A program made the translations under genes and the position numbers. From Salpingoeca rosetta (lineage: Eukaryota > Protista > Choanoflagellata), in contig JAWQFM010000011.1 in assembly GCA_033442325.1 (NCBI GenBank), forward strand, positions 517,131-581,130: 64,000 bases of DNA. The letters are read 5' to 3'. Positions 12,923 to 39,286 of the stretch are shown piece by piece; the stretch's first letter is position 1; every line of letters starts with the position of its first letter. The notes below the pieces were generated by a model. The model was given only the letters and a program-made list of their open reading frames with translations, had not been told where the DNA came from and searched no databases.

Positions 12923-13957
12923 TTAGAAGGTGAACACTTCGTGGTGGAAGGCAAAGTCGTAGTACGCCGCCATGTCGCTTGCTGCGGTGATCATCTGCTC
13001 GGGTCCACACACCATGACCATCGTGTTTCGGCCCGTGCTGAACCCGCCGCCAACCGTCATCAGGTCTGGACGGCCCGCCTTGGCAAACGACGACACCACG
13101 TCCACAAGCTCGTGCTCGCCAGGGCGGCTGGAAGGACCGAGCGATGCGTACGAGGCAGCGCCCGTGATGTGGAACGAGAAGTCGAATTTGACCTGCACAA
13201 AGTTGTCGCGGGCAACCTCCTGCATGTCGTTGAACATGTGCAGCAGCTCCGCCTGTCGCACCGCCCACACCAGCGTCACTGTCTTGATGCGGCCAACGTC
13301 CATGCCAGCCCGCGCGCGGTTGTAAATCTCCATGAGGATGGAGTGCATCGGGGTGACGCCAATACCGCCAGCAACGAGAATGAGGTTCTCGACCTCGTCA
13401 AAGTAGAGCGGGCGCCCGTATGGGCCGTCGACACGCAGCTTGATGGCCTCCAGCGGGTACGTGTCTGTCACCCACATCAGCTTGGCCGTGAACGTGTTGG
13501 GGCCCATGTTCTTGACATGCAGCGTCAGCTTGTCTGCAGACGGTGGTGAGCTCACCGTAAACGGATGCCTGCACGTGTTGGTTGCGCGTGTGTGTGTTAT
13601 GTGTGTTGTGTGTGCGTGCGTGTGTTTGTGGTTGTTGGTGAGAAGGGCGGGTAATGTGCAGTGGTTCGAGAGCAACCACAAGAAACAAGACACACGAACA
13701 ACAACAACAAGAAACTCGAGCATGAAGAACAACAGCAACAGCAGTCGACTGACCACTCCATGTGGGAGATGCAGGGGACGTTGAGCCAGATGTACTGGCC
13801 AGCATAGAAGGTGAAGTTTGCCTTTGCGAGCTGCAGCACGGTGACACCGGCCTCCTTGTTGACGGTGACGCTGCTGATGGTGACGGGGTCGCAGCGGCGC
13901 ACAATGCGAATGCACCGGTCCAGCAGCCACAGGCCAAGCCCGCCACACGCATAGTAC
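12923..13957 (-). CDS. Ferric reductase/NADPH oxidase family: last TM helix plus FAD- and NAD(P)H-binding domains; 5' heme domain not found
   Basis: Exons 13957-13754 and 13568-12923 give YYACGGLGLWLLDRCIR, AGQYIWLNVP, EW|HPFTVSS, VDGPYG, LVAGGIGVTP, LVWAVR, GRPD, VMVCGP and HHEVFTF-stop, the canonical NOX/FRE motifs. Confidence 0.88.
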   Translation of the reverse strand, partial: VLCVWRAWPVAAGPVHSHCAPLRPRHHQQRHRQQGGRCHRAAARKGKLHLLCWPVHLAQRPLHLPHGVVSRLLLLLFFMLEFLVVVVRVSCFLWLLSNHCTLPALLTNNHKHTHAHTTHITHTRATNTCRHPFTVSSPPSADKLTLHVKNMGPNTFTAKLMWVTDTYPLEAIKLRVDGPYGRPLYFDEVENLILVAGGIGVTPMHSILMEIYNRARAGMDVGRIKTVTLVWAVRQAELLHMFNDMQEVARDNFVQVKFDFSFHITGAASYASLGPSSRPGEHELVDVVSSFAKAGRPDLMTVGGGFSTGRNTMVMVCGPEQMITAASDMAAYYDFAFHHEVFTF

Positions 13958-13971
13958 CTGAAGGTTTTTTG

Positions 13972-14181
<210 letters not shown>

Positions 14182-14443
14182 AAAAACCAAAGAGGTGGGG
14201 AGGGGTTCGTTCATCATACGTATGAAACCAGCGAATCAATCTGAAGGCATGGATGGTAGCGGTGCAACTACACATCGGGGAACAGCGCCTGGTGTGCAAG
14301 CGAGCAGCTCCAAAGACAAAGACAAAGACAAAGACAAAAGCACAGACACAGATACGGACACCAAGCAAGAAACTCGGCTCAGCTCAAGCGAGTCAAGCCA
14401 GCAACGCAAGCGAGTCAAGCAAGCAACCAGCAACCTCTAACGG

Positions 14444-19097
<4,654 letters not shown>

Positions 19098-19512
19098 TGC
19101 TTGGGGTTGGTCGACTCAAGTCCTCCTTTGCTGTGGAACTTCTGGGAGTGGTTTGACGCACGTGAGACTTTCCAGGTATCTGCTGCGCGAGCGGCGACGA
19201 TGTGGACGATGACGATGATGGATGGTGGTACATGAGTCACACACAGCGTGAATGAACGCGAGAAAACACACGCAAGGCCCAAAACTGACAACACAACTCT
19301 CACGTAGGCGACCTACTTCACCCATCCCACCACTCCCCCCTTGCCTCGCAGGCCACTGCCAGCATCAGCACACGATGTGGGTAGGTCCCACCACCAGCCA
19401 GCGCTCCTCTCATTTCACATCAAACCTTTCTGTTGTTGTTTCGTCCTGTCAGATGGCCGGCAAAGTAACCGTGCCTATTTTTAGGACATATGTCCTACAT
19501 CTAACCACCACG

Positions 19513-23939
<4,427 letters not shown>

Positions 23940-24122
23940 TTTCGTGTAAATTTTCAAATAAAATTCCGCAATTTCGTCATTTTGCCAAGCAACGACAGCA
24001 AACAACGACGCACAAACAAAGCAGCCAAGAAGGACCTGCGCGCTGCTGCCACACCACGTCGTCCACCCCCCCCCCCACTGTCTATCCTTTGTCTGTCTTC
24101 CCTTCCACAAAACAAAGCAACG

Positions 24123-25522
24123 ATGCGGCGAGTTGCGGTGATTGGAGCTGGGGCTGCTGGCCTTGCTGCGGCGCGGCGGTTGATGGCGTCCTTTGATGTT
24201 GTCGTGTTTGAGCGCTCCTCCAAGGCCGGCGGAACATGGAACTTCACCATGGACCAGAGCGACGCCGTGCACTCGAGCATGTACCGCGACCTGCACACCA
24301 ACCTCCCCAAGCAGATCATGGCGTTCCCGGAGTTTGAGTTTACGCAGGGCAAAGAGACCTTTGTCCATCACACAGATGTGCAGGCGTACCTGGAGGCCTT
24401 TGCCGCACACTACGGCATCAACGCCATCACCCGCTTCAGGACGCAAGTGGTCCGCGTCGCCCACACCAGCAACAGCAAGGGCAGCAAGGGCAGCAACAGT
24501 AGCAGCAGCAGTAGCAGCAGCAGCAATGGCAGTCGCGATGCTGGTGATGGCAGCAGCCTTGGCGATGAAGAGGCGGACAGTGCGCCCTTGAGCGGCGAAG
24601 CACTCATGGAGAAGGATGGCGCATGGGCGGTGCGGGTGGAGAGCCTGGAGACGGGCGAGACGGAGGACCTCACATTCGATGCAGTTGTCGTGTGCAACGG
24701 GCACTACGCCAAGCCCATCATGCCCAGCATCCCAGGCCTGGACCGCTTCCAGGGGGAGGTTCTGCACAGCCACACGTACCGTATGCCAGAGCCCTTTGCA
24801 GGCAAGCGGGTGGTGTGCCTTGGCGGCGGGCAGAGTGGCCGCGACATCTCGCAGGAGCTGTGCGCCGTGTCTAACGCAGTCACGCTGAGCCACTACGACC
24901 CGGAGCGCCGGCTTGGCGAGCCGCCACTCGTGGAAAAGCCACCCATCAAGGCGGTTGCAGAAGACGGAAGCATCGTGTTTGAGGACGGCAGCAGCACCGC
25001 CGCAGACACGCTCATCCTGTGCACGGGGTATGCGTTCTCCTTCCCGTTTCTTGACGAGGCATCCTGTGGCGTGCAGGTGGTGGACGACGGGCGCATTGTG
25101 GACAATGTGTACCGCCAGGTCTTCAACATTGCACACCCGACCATGACCTTTATCGGCCTGCCCGTGAAAGTTCTCCCCTTCCCGCTGTTTGACCTGCAGT
25201 GCCAGTGGGTGCACGCGGTGTGGGCAGGCGCAAAGTCGCTGCCATCCCGGCTGGAAATGCACGCAGAGGTGGCGGCTGCGCGCGAGCAGCGGCGGCGGCT
25301 GGCGGTACCACGTCGCCACGAGCACGTGCTTGGTGGCACCCAGTGGGAGTACAACCGGGAGCTTGCGCGCCTGGCCGGCGTGTCGCCGCTTGAGCCGTGG
25401 CGAGAGGAGGTCTACCTCAAGAACAACGAGCTGCGCGCAAACATGCCGTGGCAATACAAGCTCAACACATTTCACGTGGCCAAGGACGGCTCCTGGACCG
25501 TTGATGTCGTGGACAAGCCGAG

Positions 25523-25556
<34 letters not shown>

Positions 25557-25616
25557 GGGGGTGCAGAGGGGTGTGCAGAGGTACATGATGGGGCAGTCGT
25601 GCACCAGACGGCGTAA
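24123..25616 (+). CDS. Flavin-containing monooxygenase (FMO), intronless
   Basis: VAVIGAGAAG (FAD), SSMYRDLHTNLPKQIM, FDAVVVCNGHY, FQGEVLHSHTY (FxGxxxHxxxY signature), GGGQSG (NADPH), ILCTGY. Confidence 0.95.
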
Positions 25617-26014
25617 GCAATCAGCGTGGTGAGTGTGTGTGTGTGTGTGTGTTGGAGTGGAAGGCTGGTCACATGTTCACACTTGTGCATCAGGTGACAT
25701 CGTGCGTCTGCAGTTTCGTTTCAGCTACCAGGCAATGATGTTGATGGCAAGTGGGTTGTGGGTGATGGTGGTCGAACCTAAACAAATGCTACAGATTATG
25801 ACTGTCCTCTTTTATCTGTCAAGTACACATCTGCCCAACAAGCCGACCCGAGATGCAACGAAGACGTTCATGCAACAGCAGACACACCATGCCACCTTTG
25901 CCGTGACACCAGGCGTCAGGGCGGGAGGGGGGGTAAGAAAGATTGTTCTGGTGATGATGGGTGCAACAGTGGCATTCACGCGGCTCTATTGCTCTGCTAT
26001 TGCCCACGTGTGTA

Positions 26015-26122
26015 TCACGCCGTCAAACGGCTCACAACGCTGTCAACAATGTCACGTGTTGTGGCGTTCCCACCAAGGTCAACCTGCATACAGAGTGGAG
26101 TGAATGTGTGTGTGTGTGTGTG

Positions 26123-26217
<95 letters not shown>

Positions 26218-27311
26218 GAGGTCATTCCCGCTGGTGGCGGGCGATGATGACGAAATGGACAAACCCAACACGCTCCAAAGAGCAGCACCCTCCACACCAA
26301 ACAGCAGCATGGCTAACAACAGGGGCAACAGGGCAGCGTACGGGGAGGGTTCCGGCGCTGAATGTGTCGCTGAGGGCGGCGTGGAGGCGAGTGGCAGCGT
26401 CCATCTCGCCAAGGTGCTGCAGCATCAGAACAGCAGAGAGGATCTGCGACGCAGGGTTGGCTGGCAGGACGGATTGTGGGGGAAGGGGAGCGGAGTGTGG
26501 GAAATGTGTGGTTGGTTGGGTGCTGGTGCTGTGAGCTCCAGGAAAAAAAGCTGCAATCACGAATGCACGCGCAGGTACACAGCCAAACAAACCAAGCAAG
26601 CAAACAAGCACACGAACACACCGAAGAAGTACACAAGCAAGCAAGCACAAGCACACGAACTGACAAGCAAACCAAACAAGCCAAACAAGCCAACGGCGCA
26701 CCGATGCCTTTGCCTGCAATATCGGGAGCGCTGCCATGCGCGGGCTCAAAGAGGGCGTGGCGCTCGCCAATGTTGCCTGAGGGGCACAGACCGAGGGAGC
26801 CAATCATGCCGCCAGCAAGGTCGGACACGAGGTCGCCGTACAGATTCGGACAGCAGAGCACGTCAAACTCGCGCGGGGCAAGCACGAGGCGTGTGAGGCA
26901 GCTGTCGGCCAGGTGGTCGTCGCACCGCAGCTGTGCTGCTGATGTCGTGCTGGCAGTGGTTGGTGATGTGGTTGCTGATGTGTTTGATGATGTGGTTGGT
27001 GATTTGGTTGATGATGTAGTTGATGATGTGGCTGTCAACTCATTCGCAATCTTCTTGAAGGACGAGAGGAAAAGGCCATCAGACTGCTTGCACACGTTGG
27101 CCTGGTATTCGTGTGAATGGGTGAGTGACTGGGTCAGTGCGTGGCTGTACGGGTGCGTTGCCTGGTTGGTTGTGCGTGTCGCTGAGTCACAGCAGACGGT
27201 GGGTGCACGGAAACATGCAAATACACACGCATTGTGCGATCTACATGTGTTTTCATTTCGGGCATTCATAGCTCGTCTCTCACTCGCCCACAGCAGCAAC
27301 ACTTGCCACAA

Positions 27312-27371
<60 letters not shown>

Positions 27372-28552
27372 ACCAACCAACCAACCAACCAACCAACAGT
27401 TGCACCTTGTGTAGGGCGGTGACGCGGCGACGGCCCATACGTTGCGCAAACTCAATGGCGTAGCGTGCAATGCGCTGATGGTAAGAAATGGCGAGGGCGA
27501 GTGCCCGATGTTGGGAGCAAGAGCAAGTGCGAATGTGAGGGAATGTGTTAGGGTGGAATCGACATTTCTACAACACAAGGCGCTCCACGGCAGCCTCAGA
27601 CACACACAGCAGCCGCTGAAACACACAGGCAGTCGCAGATACAACATCACACAGACGGGTACAGGAACAGACACGGACATGTGCCCTCACCTCTGAGGCG
27701 TGGCGTGTGATGCGCTTGTTGCAGATGACTGTGTTGTCGTCGACCCACCGCTCCTCGCCCGTGTACACATCCTCGGTGTTCTACGCTTGACAAAAACGTG
27801 GATAAGCACGAGCAAATTGAACATGTGTGTGTGTGTCATTGGCAAAGCACCAAAGGATAAGCGCAAGCGCTACAATTGCACGCCTCTTCTCCCGCTCAAA
27901 AATTAAGACTTGCACCGATTCCATAAACTCACGCATATCGACACAGTTAGACAGCGACAAGACAGACAGACAAACAGATAGACAGACAGACAAGACAAAC
28001 AGTCACACACACACTGTCATGCATACACACACGCACACACAGATACACACAGACATACAGGCACACAGACACACAAGCACACAACAGTCACACACACACA
28101 CACACACACACACCTCGCGAATGACGACGAGATCAACGTTGCTGAAAGGGGCGGGTACACCCGGCATGGTCTTGGCGGGGCGAACGTTGGCAAAGAGCTG
28201 AAAGTACTTGCGGAAGACCTGGTTGCCACTCGTGTACTTGTTGCCCTTGACTTCAACATACGTTTTGGCCTCTGTGGGCTGTGTTGAAGGAGAGGGAGGC
28301 GGTAAAGGTGAGTCAGCGAAGCTGAGATGACGTTTGACTTCACGACGCAACAGCAGAGGCTATGCCATGCAAGCACTCGTGTGGTGGCTGCAGCGTTGCT
28401 GTGTTTGCTGAGTTGTGTGGGCAGCGGACTGCGCAGGTAACGCACTGGGATGGTGAGGGGTCCCTTGAACAAGACCCCGATGTCGTCAAACACGTCTACG
28501 TGCTCATCTGAGATGTACACGCCCGATCGCTACTTGGCCTCGTACCCCTGCG

Positions 28553-28629
<77 letters not shown>

Positions 28630-29257
28630 AAAAATGACTGACCTTATCGTTCGGCATCGGTAGCCAAGTTTAAAGAGAGCTGTTGGATGTAAGGACCCCC
28701 GAAGGGCTAATTTACATCCGCTCTCCCTCCGAAGCCACGAGCGTTTGGCAGCGATGTGAGTGAATGGAGCAATGTGTGGCATCAAATCCCGCTAATGGCC
28801 CTATCATAGGCAGACTCGTAAAGCAGATTGAGATTTGTATAGAGAGTCTGAACGAGAGAGNNNNNNNNNNNNNNNNNNNNNNNNNNNNNNNNNNNNNNNN
28901 NNNNNNNNNNNNNNNNNNNNNNNNNNNNNNNNNNNNNNNNNNNNNNNNNNNNNNNNNNNNCACACATGAATCCCCCCCCCCACACACAGGCACACACACG
29001 CACACACGCACACACACAAATACACAAATGCATGCACACACACAAGTACACACACACACACGCACACACACAAATACACACACATGCACATTGAAACATG
29101 CGCACCATTGAAGCAGAGGACTCGATGGCTGGCAGAGCGAGTGCTGGTCCGCAGGAACGATGTACTTGCCTTTCAGGTGAGACGAGGCAGCAGCAGTGAC
29201 GGCTGCACAACGGCGTGGCGCGCCACACAACAAGCGGCTCAGTTGGATCGCAGTCAT
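26015..29257 (-). CDS. Isocitrate/isopropylmalate dehydrogenase family enzyme, probably mitochondrial NAD-dependent IDH-type; spans an assembly gap
   Basis: Presequence-like MTAIQLSRLLCGAPRR, then FKGPLTIP, YTSGNQVFRKYFQLFANVRP, DLVVIR|ENTEDVY, VTALHK|ANVCK, PNLYGDLVSDL, FEPAHGSAPDIAGKG, NPASQILSAVLML and DLGGNATT-stop. Confidence 0.88.
28861..28960. other. Assembly gap (100 N)
   Basis: Run of N. Confidence 1.
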
Positions 29258-29675
29258 TGAAGTCGTTCCGAAAAACATATGAAAACATCATCAAATCTTC
29301 CACAAGCACATCTTGTGCCACACACTCACGACAGCGACACACAGAGAACAGCAGAACCCAACTGAAACATCACAAATTGAAACGTCACAACCAACCGCAA
29401 AAATAGACTCGCTCTAAAGTGAATTTCGCAGAAAATAATGCAAAGACTCCAACGAACTATCCGACGCCCTTTGATGGCAACGGCCACTCCGTGACCCACG
29501 CCTTTACTGTGGGTTTACCAGCCTTTTTTATGGTTTGGCGCTTGCCCTTTGTTTTTTCGGACTGCTTGCCAACAGTCACAAACCAGCACAAACACCTTTG
29601 CTTCACAACAAGCGAGAATCAAGCGAAAACCCCACAAAACAAGCAGAGACAAACGTGTGCGTGTGTTGTCTGTGA

Positions 29676-31127
<1,452 letters not shown>

Positions 31128-31322
31128 GCGTACGGCCCCTCTCTGTCTCCCAATCAACTTCGTTGCTGCTCTGGCTGGACACACGACACACTCAGTGGGG
31201 GTTACAACCGCCCTTTTTGTGTGCTTGTTTGCATCTCTGCCCTGCCAATGCACCTCGCTCCCTTTTTTCCTTCTCCCTCCTTTTCTCTTTCTTAAGCAAT
31301 TGACAACGACCGGCTGTCTCTT

Positions 31323-31324
<2 letters not shown>

Positions 31325-31400
<76 letters not shown>
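31325..31400 (+). repeat. (CT)n microsatellite between beta-tubulin and PNO1
   Basis: Pure CT run. Confidence 0.95.
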
Positions 31401-31403
<3 letters not shown>

Positions 31404-31588
31404 CTACAAACCCAGTAAACCGACCCCCTCTTCAACTCGACATGACAGGAAAGACCTGGCGCACCCGCCGCCGTCATCAACATGATAAAAAGTAGCAATT
31501 TCGAGCACACAGCACGAGGACGCCAAGAGACCAAAGGCCACGAGGCAACACCCGCAGGGCAAGCAGGAAAAGCACGCACACAAGGATT

Positions 31589-32455
31589 ATGGCCGAGGTG
31601 ATTGACGAGCGCGTGCTCGAGTCCGCGGGAAGCGAGACCCCAGCCACAACCACGGCAACGGCAACACCAACAAAGGAGCAGCAACAGACGACCAAAGGAA
31701 AAGCAGCACAAGCGGGGAAGAAGAACAGGAAGAAGGGTCAGAAGCAAACACACCAGACACAGAAGCAGAAGCAGAAGCAAGCAAGGAAGGCAAAGCGCAA
31801 CACAAACAGCAAGCAGGATGGCGGCGACATGATGGAGGTTGACGAGGATGGGCAACCCACGGCAAAGAAGGCGGCGTTCGCGCCCGTCAGCGCACAGGAC
31901 GCGTACACGGGCGCGGAGACGCGGAGCATCGACGTGCCGCCACATAGATACACACCACTCAAGGAGAACTGGAACAAGATCTTCCAGCCCGTTGTGGAGC
32001 ACATGAAGCTGCAGATCCGCATGAACGTGCGCAAGCGCCGCGTGGAGCTGAGGACATGCGAGCTCACGGAGCGCGACAACGCGCTGCAGAAGGCACATGA
32101 CTTTGTCAAGGCCTTCATGCTCGGCTTTGACGTTGCAGATGCCGTCGCCCTGTTGCGATTGGACGATCTCTACCTGGACACATTCGACGTCACGGACGTG
32201 CGCCGTGTGGCGGGCGATCATCTCTCCCGTGCCATTGGCCGCGTTGCCGGCAAGGGCGGCAAGACCAAGTTCACCATCGAGAACGCCACAAAGACCAGAA
32301 TCGTCGTCGCTGACAGCCGCGTGCACATCTTGGGCGCCTTTGACAACATTCGCGAGGCGCGTCACATCATCTCCAAACTCATCATCGGCTCTCCTCCATC
32401 CAAGATCTACGCAACCCTGCAGTCCGTCACCCAGCGCCTCTCAGGCCGCTTCTAA
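31589..32455 (+). CDS. PNO1: RNA-binding protein PNO1/Dim2 (40S biogenesis, KH domains), intronless
   Basis: VPPHRYTPLKENW, FVKAFMLGFDVADAVALLRLDDLY, GDHLSRAIGRVAGKGGKTKFTIENAT, GSPPSKIY..RF-stop. Confidence 0.97.
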   Translation: MAEVIDERVLESAGSETPATTTATATPTKEQQQTTKGKAAQAGKKNRKKGQKQTHQTQKQKQKQARKAKRNTNSKQDGGDMMEVDEDGQPTAKKAAFAPVSAQDAYTGAETRSIDVPPHRYTPLKENWNKIFQPVVEHMKLQIRMNVRKRRVELRTCELTERDNALQKAHDFVKAFMLGFDVADAVALLRLDDLYLDTFDVTDVRRVAGDHLSRAIGRVAGKGGKTKFTIENATKTRIVVADSRVHILGAFDNIREARHIISKLIIGSPPSKIYATLQSVTQRLSGRF

Positions 32456-32884
32456 CTAGCCGTGTGTCTGTGTGTGTGTCTGTGTGTGTGTGTGTGTGTG
32501 TGCGTGTGTGTGTGTCTGTGTGTCTATGTGTCTGCGTGTGTGTGTGCGTGTGTGTGTCAGGCTGGGTGTAAAAGTGCATGTGTGTTCATATGTGTGTGTC
32601 GTCTTACGCTGATGTGACTCTCTCGCTCCCTCCCTTTCTCTCTCGCTCCCTCTCTCTCTCTCTCTCTCTCGCTCTCTCTCGCTCTCTCTGTGCCATGCTT
32701 CACTTCCTCTGGTTTGCGCAACGTTTCGCTGATCGTGCCTTTTAATTACACGTATGAGCTCGCACCGTTTCACCAACAAGAGAGCGAGGGCGAAGGAACA
32801 AAAGATCAACAACAGGGCGCACAAGGACACACACACACACACCCACACACAGACACACAGACACACACACACACACACAGACAG

Positions 32885-32937
<53 letters not shown>

Positions 32938-32942
32938 TGATG

Positions 32943-36129
<3,187 letters not shown>

Positions 36130-36394
36130 TCTTCCTTCCAGATTGCTTTGTCAGCACAAAACTGAAGCAAAGCAGAGATGGTCAACACGTGAGTTGACTG
36201 ACACCTCTGACTGCACAGGTGTGCACCGTGCTGCATGCGTGTGCATGCCAGTGCTTCTTGCTGCGATGCATGAGGACCCAGCTGCCGCGATGGCCCAAGC
36301 AGTGGCACCGACGTCTACCCGCGCAAAGACAGGTCAGTGCTTCTTGTCACCATCGCCATCACCAACACCATCACCAACACCATCATCAACACCA

Positions 36395-36691
36395 TCACCA
36401 ACTTCCACTCCGCTCGACTCCTTGATGCCTGGTCCACCACGGCCGTTTCCTCCTCTGCTCCTCTTCCATGTGGTCTTCTTCCGTCTGCTCCTCTCCCATT
36501 TGGTCTTCTTCCGTCTGGCCTTCTTCCTTTGCTTCGCACGGAGGTTTGCAACAGAATCGGCAAGCCAAAGCTACCGCTTGTCGGATTACACAACTCCAAC
36601 ACCAAGCCATCGTTGGCGTGCGGCACGTGGTGCACGACTTCCATCAACGTCGGGCCTCGCTCGTGTGCGTGAGACCGGGAGCAGAGGACCG
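36395..36691 (-). pseudogene. Possible degenerate Cys-rich zinc-finger exon (unassigned)
   Basis: After a CAG acceptor the frame reads RSSAPGLTHTSEARR*WKSCTTCRTPTMAWCWSCVIRQAVALACRFCCKPPC, with an in-frame TGA at 36646-36644. An overlapping frame (36315-36848) is also open, so the true frame is ambiguous. Confidence 0.25.
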
Positions 36692-37836
36692 CTGGTGGTG
36701 GTGGTAATGTCAGCAAGAACAGCCACTGTTCTTTGCCGGTACCACACCACTGGCTATGGACGATGGTGTGCAGAGCGGAGAGTAGGCGGTGACGTGTGAG
36801 GGGTCGCGCAAGGCTGGTGTTCCGTCGTGTCGCTGTGGCCGTGTGCACACATGGCGTTGGGGATTCCTCCCTTCCATGCTCCCTCGAACATGTTCTTCAA
36901 GTGGTTGTGGTTGTCATGGCTGAGGGAAGGCGCAAGTGTGTGTGTGGGTGTATGGGTGCGTGGGCGGTGCGGAGGCTCCAAACGCCTTTCTGGTGTTCTG
37001 TTTGAGACGCGCTCGCCCATCACCCTTGCCCTCCCCCCCCCTTCCTCTCACCAGCTTCCACTTGTCCCGACGCCTGCCACGGTCCCGCTCACGGAACATC
37101 GCGCCTTGCGTGTCTTTCTCCCCTCCCGCACTCTGTCTTGCTCCACCATATGCACCATCGCTCCATGCGTTCTCTGTCGCTTCCTCTCCCACACGAGCTG
37201 GAAAGCCCACGCACCCCTGGAGATACCAGTCGTGCGAGCATGTATCCTTCCAACTCGCACGTGTGTGTCTCTGGCTCGCCGCCACACTTTTTTTTTCCTC
37301 TTCCCCTCCCTCCTCCTCCTCCTCCCTCCCTTGCACTGCTCCTGTTCTCATGCTTATGCCACATCTCGCTCACTCATTTGATTTGTCTCCCGCTCCCCGG
37401 GTCGTCCCAACTTCTTGTCCAACAGGAATGTGCTGCGCTCTGGCTTTGCCTTACACTGCAATGTAATGTTACATGTTGCTACGGCTAGCTAGACTTGGTT
37501 GACTGATGTGACATTGGGCTTTTATCCCTTTCTGACAGCATGGGCAAGACATGTGACATGATGTGACCCATAATACACAACCACTCACAAGAAAGCAAGA
37601 TAGCACATGAAGACGTGGTGTGGCGACGAAGTTGACGGTGCCGACGGCGTGATGTGATGTGTGATGGGATGTGATGGGATGTGATGATGCAAGCAAGCGA
37701 GAAGCCAATGGAAATAGAGAAGAGCCCACTAGACTGGCTCAATACGAAAGAAGTGAGCAAACAAGCTCACACTCTCATGCGCATGGATGCAGATGCGAAA
37801 AGCAATGCCGAAGAACAACAAAGACATGCATCACGT

Positions 37837-38464
37837 CTAGCTCTGCGCCTCATCATCATCGCCATCATCACCATCATCACCCTCTGCCTCGGCTGCGTCG
37901 TCGTCTTCTTGCCCATCATCTTGGACGCCATGATCACCGTCAGCCTCTTGGTCATCATCGCCATCATGGTCATCATCATCATCATCCTGTTCTTGCTCCT
38001 CCTCCTCCTCCTCCTCTGCATCTTCTTCTCGCTGCTCTTGTTCCTCGTCCTCTTGTTCCTCGCCTTCCTGCTGCTCCTGATCTTCATCATAGTCTTGCTG
38101 CTGTTCCCCTTGCCCCTCTTTCTGGTCATAGTGTTCCCCTTCGTCGTCCTCTTCATCCTCCCCACCTTCTTCTTGCTCTTCTTCACCCTGTTCACCCTCA
38201 CTTGCTTGTTCCTCTTCCTCCTCTTCCTCCTCTTCCTGCTCCTCCTCCTGTAGAGGCGGGGTGCTGCTGATGGCGCCCATCGCCGCCTCCCGCGTCATCG
38301 TGTGCGCCGCGCTCCCAATCACAACCGTCGGCTCAGACGCCATCGCCTCCCCTGCGCACAACACGCAAACACACGTCAAAACAAAGCATGGCGGATGCGC
38401 ATGGCATGTACGTGACAACTAGCTCCTCTGAGGCAACGACAACACACACACACACTCACAAACA

Positions 38465-38534
<70 letters not shown>

Positions 38535-39208
38535 CGCAAACACACACACACATTCAGTGTGGCTGTACCGTGCTGTTGGGTGTCGTGGTCTTCCTCTTGG
38601 TCGGCGTCGCGTCGCCCATCGTCGGCACGGCGGTCCGGGTGCTGCCATCCATTCACCTGCTGCTCATCCTCCCCTTCGTCTTGTGCAGCATATTCCTCCT
38701 CCCGCTGTTCACGGCCTTCTTCTGCCTCTTCTTCCTCTTCTTCTTCCTGTTCCTCCTCCCGCTGTTCATGCTCATGGTGCAGCTGGTCATCATCGCCATC
38801 ATCGCCATCATCGCCATCATCATCAGCATCATCGGCATTGACCTGTCGCTCCTGCCCGCTGTCTTCGAGCTCAGACGCCGCCCTGTCGTCCTCGCCAAAG
38901 AAATGATGATGCTGCTGTTGCTGCTGTTCTTGGTGCTGCTGCTGTTGTTGTTGTTGGTCGAACGATTGCTCATGCTGGTGCTGGCGCTGGTGCTGGTGGT
39001 GACTGTATCGGTTGTTGTGATGGCCATCTTGCTGCTGCTGAAGCTGCTGGTGGCCAATGGGCTGAACCAAAACGAGCGCAAGCAAGCAGGCGCGATGAGC
39101 ATGCAGGGATGCGATGAATGGCAGTGACCACTTGAACGCTCACAAGTCGGACAGCAGAAAACACGCTAGGCGGACAGGCAAACGAACAGCGTCGAAGAAA
39201 CGAACCGA

Positions 39209-39286
<78 letters not shown>

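Noticed and set aside
28626-28860. Atypical-composition segment inside the IDH gene, possibly foreign DNA or a transposon end
   Set aside because: It sits between a long TG repeat and an N gap, with no ORF or terminal repeat, and a nearby anomalous stop codon. Most likely a low-quality read end.
37671-39127. Very hydrophobic + strand ORFs resembling multi-pass membrane proteins
   Set aside because: They are the reverse complement of the E/D/Q-rich DCX tail exons.
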